Below are positions 56,792 through 64,000 of a stretch of DNA of 64,000 nt, in pieces. Both the position numbers and the translations under genes were made by a program. Under the pieces are notes generated by a model, which saw only the letters and a list, made by a program, of their open reading frames with translations, made no database searches and was not told where the DNA came from. Source of the stretch: Moniliella sp. 'wahieum' (taxonomy: Eukaryota); the NCBI GenBank assembly GCA_003971905.1, contig RSEE01000042.1, positions 434,001 through 498,000 on the forward strand. The letters run 5' to 3'. Each line of letters begins with the position of its first letter. Within the stretch, counting starts at the first letter, position 1.

Positions 56792-57352
56792 ATGTCCTCC
56801 TCTGAACAACAGGCGCTCCAAAGATTGGACCAAGCTCTGCTCAATCTACGTCGGGATGCCTCGCTGTACGCCCACACCAACCGGCTGAACCGCTCTCAAT
56901 CGGCTTTGGTATCACAAGCGTGGCTTCCCATCGAGGAGGTATTCCAGCCGTCAGCCATCAAAGGAACCAACGAAGAGGAGCTTTCTTCTCTCCGTTCCGA
57001 GGGAATGATACCGCAATGGGGTACAACAGCTACTCCCACCCTTGTTGCAGGTGGCAACAGCCATTTGTTATCGCTTTCTGCCAAGCCCCGTCCTCGTCGC
57101 GTCCGGCCCCAACGCACACCCTGCTCCCATCGTGGCTCCGTTGATTTGCCGCCTCCAAGGGAAGAAGCAGAGGAAAGCCAAGAAGAAGCTACTGAATTTG
57201 ATACGCTGGTCAACCACTTGGTCGCCGCATCCCAAAGTCGGTTGGAAGATCAATGTGCCTTTATGACTGGGCTTCGGTCGGATGTCGCTTCCTACACCTC
57301 TTCGTCCGACATGTCGGAAGATCCACCCACACCCGAAATGGGGCGGGCCTAG
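56792..57352 (+). CDS. Hypothetical protein (186 aa or longer)
   Basis: Open frame with protein-like composition preceded by a TATA-like TTATAA and a pyrimidine-rich leader; no recognisable family. Confidence 0.4.
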   Translation: MSSSEQQALQRLDQALLNLRRDASLYAHTNRLNRSQSALVSQAWLPIEEVFQPSAIKGTNEEELSSLRSEGMIPQWGTTATPTLVAGGNSHLLSLSAKPRPRRVRPQRTPCSHRGSVDLPPPREEAEESQEEATEFDTLVNHLVAASQSRLEDQCAFMTGLRSDVASYTSSSDMSEDPPTPEMGRA

Positions 57353-58336
57353 ACTGGCCTCTTCCCTCGCCCCTTTCCTCCCCTCGGTCGTTAACTTCTC
57401 GTCTCCCTTCGTCCTCTGCTGGATCCCATCCTCCGCCCTCGTCGTTTCCGCGCCACGCACTCAACTTTACCATCCCCGTCCGGCGCTCTACCAAGCGAAT
57501 CAGCCGACTTTGGAAAGGATCCAGTCTGGCCGCCGGTGCAACCGGCGAACTGCACAGTGCTGGTCGTTGCCAAACCGATTGATTGATCTCTCTTACGCAC
57601 GTGTCATGTTCTCTTAGGGTCTTGTCGCCAACCGATCGTTATTCCCGCCCCCCACTCTCGTTCCCAGTCGCCTTTCCTGTCCATGGCATGCACCGTGCTT
57701 GGGCGATTCGCACTGCTGTTCTACTACCAATGGCGCAGGCGCCTGCCGATATTGTACCACCAATTTGCGTTGGTTCTCACCACCGCCACACACCTCCACA
57801 TCGCCCTCATATTATACACCCTTCCTGTGCTGTTGTTAATGGTGTTTTTTCTTGTTGCTCTTCCCGCTCCTGTCATCATGTCATCGATCATCGCGTAATG
57901 TATGTCTACTCGCTTCAGCACGGCGGTCCGAGGGATGGTGCGCGCGACAAAAGATGCGCAGGTAGTAGTGCTGTCCTGGTTCGTTTTTTCGTATCCGTAT
58001 ACCACATTGATGTGGCGGGCAACCGCGCCTGCCGCAACCGTCCCGTGTGACCATCACCTGTTGGCGGTTGCTAAAAGCCAGGCCGCCGCCCAGCCAACCC
58101 AACGGCTGCCATGGCGGAATTCCGCTGCGGCATCTGGCCAGGGGCGGAACGGGCGGGGCGGGCTGAATTCGATGGCTGCAAACGGCGCCAACACGCTGGC
58201 CCACCACCTTCTGCCGTCGCCGTTGCTGTCCTTTGCGCGTGAATGTGAGCGCCTGCTCCCCGCCTAGTCTCTGCGTCTCGGTGCTGACCCTTGCCCGCCT
58301 GCGTTCTGACCCTGCCCCTGCCCCTGTCCCGCAGCC

Positions 58337-58839
58337 ATGACTGCCACTAACTTCAACACGGAGCTGTGCCCCGTCTACGCGCCCTTTTTCGGCGCCATGG
58401 GCTGTGCTGCGGCCATTGTGTTTACCTGCTTTGGCGCTTCGTACGGCACGGCCAAGCGCGTGTCGGTCTGAGCGCGATGGGTGTCCTGCGCCCCGACTTG
58501 CTCATCAAGTCCATCATCCCCGTCATTATGGCCGGTATCGTGGCCATCTACGGTCTGGTGGTCTCGGTACTCATCTCCTCGGGGATCAAGTCGCCCATGT
58601 CGCTGTACGCCGGCTTTGTCCAGCTCGGCGCCGGCTTGTCCGTTGGCCTGGCTGGTCTTGCAGCTGGGTTTGCGATTGGCGTGGTAGGGGACGCAGGCGT
58701 GCGCGGTACGGCACAGCAGCCTCGTCTGTTCATTGGCATGGTGCTCATCCTCATTTTTGCCGAGGTGCTCGTCTATGGCTTGATTGTCGCCCTCATCATG
58801 AACACCCGTGTCCAAGACGACATTGGCTGCTCGCTGTAA
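58337..58839 (+). CDS. VMA3: V-ATPase 16-kDa proteolipid subunit c
   Basis: [82 protein letters not shown] with the proton-carrying Glu. Confidence 0.96.
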
Positions 58840-59645
58840 TCCCCCCGTCTTTTTTCACCGCACTGTGAAACGTTCGGAGAAGGCTTGGGGCCATGGTGCG
58901 GTTCACTTTGTCCTAGTGTTCTCCCTTTGTCTCTCGTCCTTCGTCCCTCGTCCTTCGTCCCTCGTCTCACACCCCTCATCCCTTGCCCTGCCTCTCCTCT
59001 CCTCCCTCTCCTTTCCCTCACTCTCTCTTTTCATCCATGGTTCACCATTTGGGGAGGACCCACCCGCCCTAACCCCTATTTCATGCCAAGCACCACAACG
59101 GCGTCTGTTCCGGACCCATTCTCCCTCCCTGCCCTAAAGAGTTAACGGTCAAATGTATGCAGTGGTGTGCGACGCCTGCTTTTTGTTTCTTCTTTCTTCG
59201 CCCACGTCGTACATGTGTCCGAGCCTGGCTGGTAGGTGGAGGAAGTACTGCAATGCTCCCTAAGCATCGACCTGGAGACCTGTGCCAGTGTGGCAACCTT
59301 TCTCTGTTCAATCTGTTGAGACACTTGGGATCAGGGCATGGACCGAACAAATGACTACATGGCGGCTACATCGTTCGAGGAACAAATGTGCGACAAAAGG
59401 GGAACGTCAGCGGCGGGTTGAGTCATGTATAAAAAAGTAAATTCGCGTCCTCCCCATGCGTTGTAATGCTCCTCTCGTTGGCATCGAGCGCAATGGTAAT
59501 AGGCAGAGAAAAGGATGGGCAAGGGACGCGAAGAGGCATGTCGCCATACGGCGAGAGGGAAGAGAGAGGGGAAGGTACCTTCCCACTTCCCCACCATCTA
59601 CCTGTAATAAAAGGGATGGGCGTGTTTGGCGTCATGTATCTCTCG

Positions 59646-61941
59646 TTACAGCAACAAGGCAACCGCCCCAAGGACGAGAATCCCCACTCCCACTGTCGAA
59701 ACCAGAGGGTGGGCCGCACCACTTTTGTGCGTTTTGGTAGAAGCTGCATGCGTGCCCGAGGCGCTGGCGGTAGCAGGGACACTGCCGGTGGCCGTCGGGT
59801 TGGTAGAGACGGTGGTGCCGTTGGTGCGATGGCCTTGTAGGTTTGGTTGTTGGCCTTGGCCTTGATCAGATCGGCGCCAATCTCAGCGAGGCCATACGTG
59901 ATGGTCATGAGATGCTGCGACATGGAGAGCGGCGGGACGGAGAATCGATGACGCGAAGATGTTGGGTTTGTACACAGCAAACTCGCCATCCCACCACCCC
60001 GCCCAACTCGAGCGGTAACATGGAGCAGGACGAGCTGGGGTGGTACTCGGTTCCGGACGTGTTAGCCACATACGTGTTCCAATCAGCGTCCGACTGCACC
60101 GCCGCTCCCGGCGCCAATTCCGTCGCGGCAAATTGGGTTAGCGGCGCGGTCGTACCCACAGTCCGGGCCAAGCGGCAGCCTTCCCGCATGATCGTCACAT
60201 CCTCCTCGTGCAACAGGTAGCCAGGGTCCACAGCGGGATGGTCAAAGGGAGAGGTGTGTTGATCTTGACGCTGCCACGGGAAACCGGGTGCTGGAGACCA
60301 CACTCGACGAGAATGTTGCCATACGTGTTGCCAAGCAGAATCTCGACGGCCGGCACGTCGTGCGGGTACATATTGTCGACCAGCTCGATGCTCGTCGCGT
60401 GGAAGCCAGCTTTGACGCTGGCCGGCGCATCGTATGCGTCCACGTAGGAGGCAATGTTGGAACGGTACTTGGAAAGGAAGGTGGTCACATTGCCGCCCAG
60501 CACCTTACTGAGCGGAATGTAGGCCGTAGCCGAGTTGACGTAACTGTCCACCGTCGCATTGCCCGTCACTTTGGCCGGGGCAATGGTGGTGTTGATGGCC
60601 GGAGAAAACTTGACCGAGCTAGAGAGGTGGTCTTGCAGATGGAACCCGACACCGGGCACGTTGGCCACTTGCGCAATTCCCAACGGGTCCAGTACCGAGG
60701 CATCAGCCACGCCCGACAGCTGAAGCAGCTGCGGGGACCCAATCACACCAGCCGAAAGGATGACCTCGTTGCTAGCGTTGACAGTATAGTTGGCCTGGCC
60801 TGGCCCGGCAGCAAACTCAACCCCGGTCGCGGTGGGAGGAGAGGTGGTGTTGTCAAAGAGAATCTTGGTGGCTTGGTACCCGTCAGGACATAGAGATTGG
60901 GCCGGTCCAGATTCGGGTCCAGGTAACCGTCGCGAGCAAAGGAACGCGTCCAGTTGGCCGGGTTGATGGAACGACATGGACAAGAAGGGGCCTGAGTTGT
61001 TCCCTCCGTATGCATCCTGGTTAATCTCCATGTTGGCCGCCGTCGCCGCAGCACCGAGGAACGCGCCCACGTCTTCGTACGTAAAGCCAGGGTACGAATG
61101 GTGAATCGGGCCAGAGCTGCCATGGTAGGAAGCATTGTAAGGGACCAAGGTTCCCTGGTAGCCTGGGTTCCCGGATGCAATGATCGCTTCAGCCTCGTCA
61201 TCGATGGGGGTGTAGGTTTCCGATCGTTTCATCGCGTCCAGCACATTGTTCCAGGACCAGATGTCTTGGGCAGCGCTGCTCACGTTGGCCATCAGGTTGG
61301 ACCAGCTGTTCTGCTCTACCTCGGGCTGCCGCACAAGGTAGAGCCCATTGATGGCTGACGAACCACCGAGCGTTTTGCCCCGCGGCCACGGAAGCTGACG
61401 GTTGAACAAGTGGATTGGGAGGTGGTAAGGTAGGCCCAATCCATGTCGGTCCCGACGGAAGAGTTGTACAGCTAAGATGCAAAATAGTAGGAAGAAAGGA
61501 AAGGGCCACAGTTAACGGAGGGAACCCTAGAGGGACAACTGGAGAAGGGTATATAATAGGAGGGATAGAAAAGAGAGAGCGACGTACATTGGCTGCAGGG
61601 ATCGTGACGCTGGGATCGTCGCCTTCGCCACTGGGGCCGGCCTCGATGACGACGACGGTCAAGTTGGCCTGTTCCGTCAGGCGCGAGGCCAGCACCAGAC
61701 CAGCATTGCCGCCGCCTACAATGACATAGTCGAACGCCTGGCGGTCAAACGCCTGGCCGTTGTTCGAAATGCCAGCCGGGGCGGTGGGGGCTGCGCGGCC
61801 GAACAGGCGGCCACGAGAGGGAGCAGTGGCAGCAGCAGCGGTGGCAGCAGCAGCAGCAGCAGCAGCAGCAGTGGTGGCCAGTAGGGCCGAGCACAGCACC
61901 GAGCGTCGTGCCGGGCGGGAGGACGACGAGGACAATGCCAT
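59646..61941 (-). CDS. Secreted GMC oxidoreductase (CAZy AA3_2-like) with hydrophobic C-terminal tail
   Basis: Signal peptide, [80 protein letters not shown] and SQHLM (His/His pair), LRVIDS. Intron about 61471-61586. Confidence 0.95.
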
Positions 61942-63599
61942 TGATGGTTGTAGCAATGCGCTGTGGTGAGGGGGAGGTGGACGGGTGGGAGCGGGTTCAG
62001 AGGGGGAGGCGTGCCGGAGGGAGGATAATGATGGAGGATGTGGAAGAGAAGGGGGCAGGAGGTGCTCGGGGGCCTTGCCTGAGGCCGGAGGGGGGACTGA
62101 CTACGATACTATAAAGGCTAGCCACGGCTGCTGGTGCTGGAGGGGATGTTTGCTGGGCGGCGCAGAGCGGGGGCAGCCACTGGGCGTCGGCAGTGGCGTT
62201 GTCTGGTCTGGGGCGCTCCCTCTGCTTCAATCAAACTGCGCCGCCCGCTGGAAAAATCAGCACATAGCGCACCGCGCCCCACACAGGCCCCGTGCGGGGC
62301 AGTCCCAGGGCAGGATGCATGATGCGTATCGGTGATGCGATCCGCGTGTACACTGCCCCTGCGCCGCAGTGTTGACAGCCACTGCACGGGTGCCTGAGAC
62401 GCTTCCCCACACGTCCCACGCGTCACGCGTCAAGCTCGTCAAGCGCGTCAGGCCTCAGGCTCAAGCGTTTCCAGGTGCGGCTGTTCGGCCAGCGAGCGCA
62501 TTACGCGCGTCACGAGAGGGTGTTCTGTTGTTTCTGTTGTCGCGAGCAGGAGTGTGACAGCGCCCCGCTACCACTCCACTTTCTCAAGCGCCCGGGCGCC
62601 GAGGAGGAGCATCTTTAGCGCTTAGCTGGCGTCGTCGGACCTCCTTCAGTCGGCCCTGTAGCTGTCGTTCCTGTTCCATTCCACCCCCCCCCCTGCTTCA
62701 AACACCACATGCGTTTTCATCATCAACTCAGTCAGGCTCACGCTGAGGCTCAGCTCACATGCTCAGCGGCCTCAGCGTCAGCGCCCAACTGAGCGCTCAG
62801 CACCTCTCCAGCTCACATGCACAAGTCACACATGTCACACACGTGGAGCGATCGCCTCGCCGATCCTCGTATCCATCACCCTACTCACGTACGCCTCCCG
62901 TGGCGCGTAGCAGGCCTGCTATGTAATAGCAGGCCTAGCAGATGCCTGAACCCCACTAGCCCTTTCCAGCCCTCTGCTCCAAAACGTCTCAACATACCGG
63001 TTATACCGGACTTACCTTTCTTCATGTTCACTGCAACCCGAACGCCATCCACTGGCCACCTCTCTTCCCTGCTACATTCTCATCATCAAATTCTCAGCTA
63101 ATTACTTGCCGCTTCTCTTACGCAATCAGTCTCTCACCTCAGTGGCCAACGGTGCAGATCGTGGTCGATCGTCAAACCATCCCCATCACTATCATGCCAC
63201 TGTTGCTGTATTTTATAGTTGCTAGCTGCTGGCATGTGGTCGAAGATCCTGGATGCCTCTGACGCTCCACCGAGTGCAGCGCTCCACAATGCCAACCGCA
63301 TAGACAACCGACATGATCGATGAGATCGATGATCTCCAAAAGATCTCAATTCAAGCTCAAGCTTCAAGCGCTCAAGCTTCAAGGTGAACGTTACTACGTT
63401 GATCATCCCATCAGTAGTCCGACCAGAGACCAGGAACACATGGTGCATCGCCCGCCACATGCAGAGTGCCGGGCCGGCGCATTCTGAATCATCCACGGAC
63501 TTCCGACTCCCGAGACTCTCACAGTCCATACTTAGGCCTAGCGCTCCTGGTATATGATACATCCTGAACAGCATGCATGTAGTACACAGTCTATTATCG

Positions 63600-63960
63600 C
63601 TACGAGCTATACGAGTTAGGCCCGTGGCATATTCAGTTTTTGCGAGAAAAAGCGATACGACACGTCCAGCACCCATCGCCTCTCGGAAGAAATGAATGGT
63701 CTGATATACACCAACGTGTAGAAGACCAGAGAGCAGGCAGTTGATGGTGTATTGCATCGACGGGTTTTCTCAAGCTCTCGAGCTCAATCTCCACCAAAAC
63801 TTAATAACCCCCGGAGTGGCCAGGTGGGGGAGTCAGGGATAGGACCCGAGTCGCGGTCACGTAGCGGCTCCAGGACCTTGTGTCCCAGGCTCTTGGTGTG
63901 GAGGTCGGAGACGTTATTGTCCACATTTTTGCTGATAGTCAAAGGGGCGACAATACTTGC
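63600..63960 (-). mobile_element. Possible degenerate Ty1/copia RNase H relic
   Basis: Minus-strand translation VDNN...ENPS...HV...HFFREAMGAGRVV...EYATGLT loosely follows the copia RNase H consensus DNQ..NP..KHI..HFVRE...G.....ADxLTK; interrupted by stops. Judged by eye only. Confidence 0.35.
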
Positions 63961-64000
63961 TCGGTTCTCTCACATATATAGTGGCAGGAGCGAGCAAGGT

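Overview
Eukaryotic, GC-rich, intron-poor fungal DNA (GT-AG introns with CTRAC-like branch points; protein sequences read as basidiomycete, possibly Ustilaginomycotina - inference). Nearly every gene, including essential ones, is broken by 1-bp indels, most simply explained by an unpolished long-read consensus, so CDS coordinates are reconstructed across frames and are approximate. Recognisable genes in order: SDR, tubby-C/LURP-like protein, tRNA-Arg(ACG), Tmt1/Crg1-like methyltransferase, hexokinase/glucokinase, ING-PHD protein, RFC5, RPB1, VPS27, YML020W-like hydrolase-fold protein, ILV5, LYS4, fasciclin, AGC1-like carrier, Zn2Cys6 factor, MRE11, VMA3 and a secreted GMC oxidoreductase. Mobile DNA: a Helitron 3' end, a complete 1.1-kb non-autonomous LTR element (TRIM-like), a diverged dispersed repeat and a possible copia relic. 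The most unusual signal is a pervasive intergenic motif, a duplicated 4-mer (usually palindromic) separated by TGA/TCA/TAA/TTA and often stacked in tandem, resembling serial excision footprints of an unidentified DNA transposon. Also notable: an RPB1 CTD with no canonical heptad, a candidate intronic C/D snoRNA in a non-coding host, and an inverted pair of telomeric repeats.
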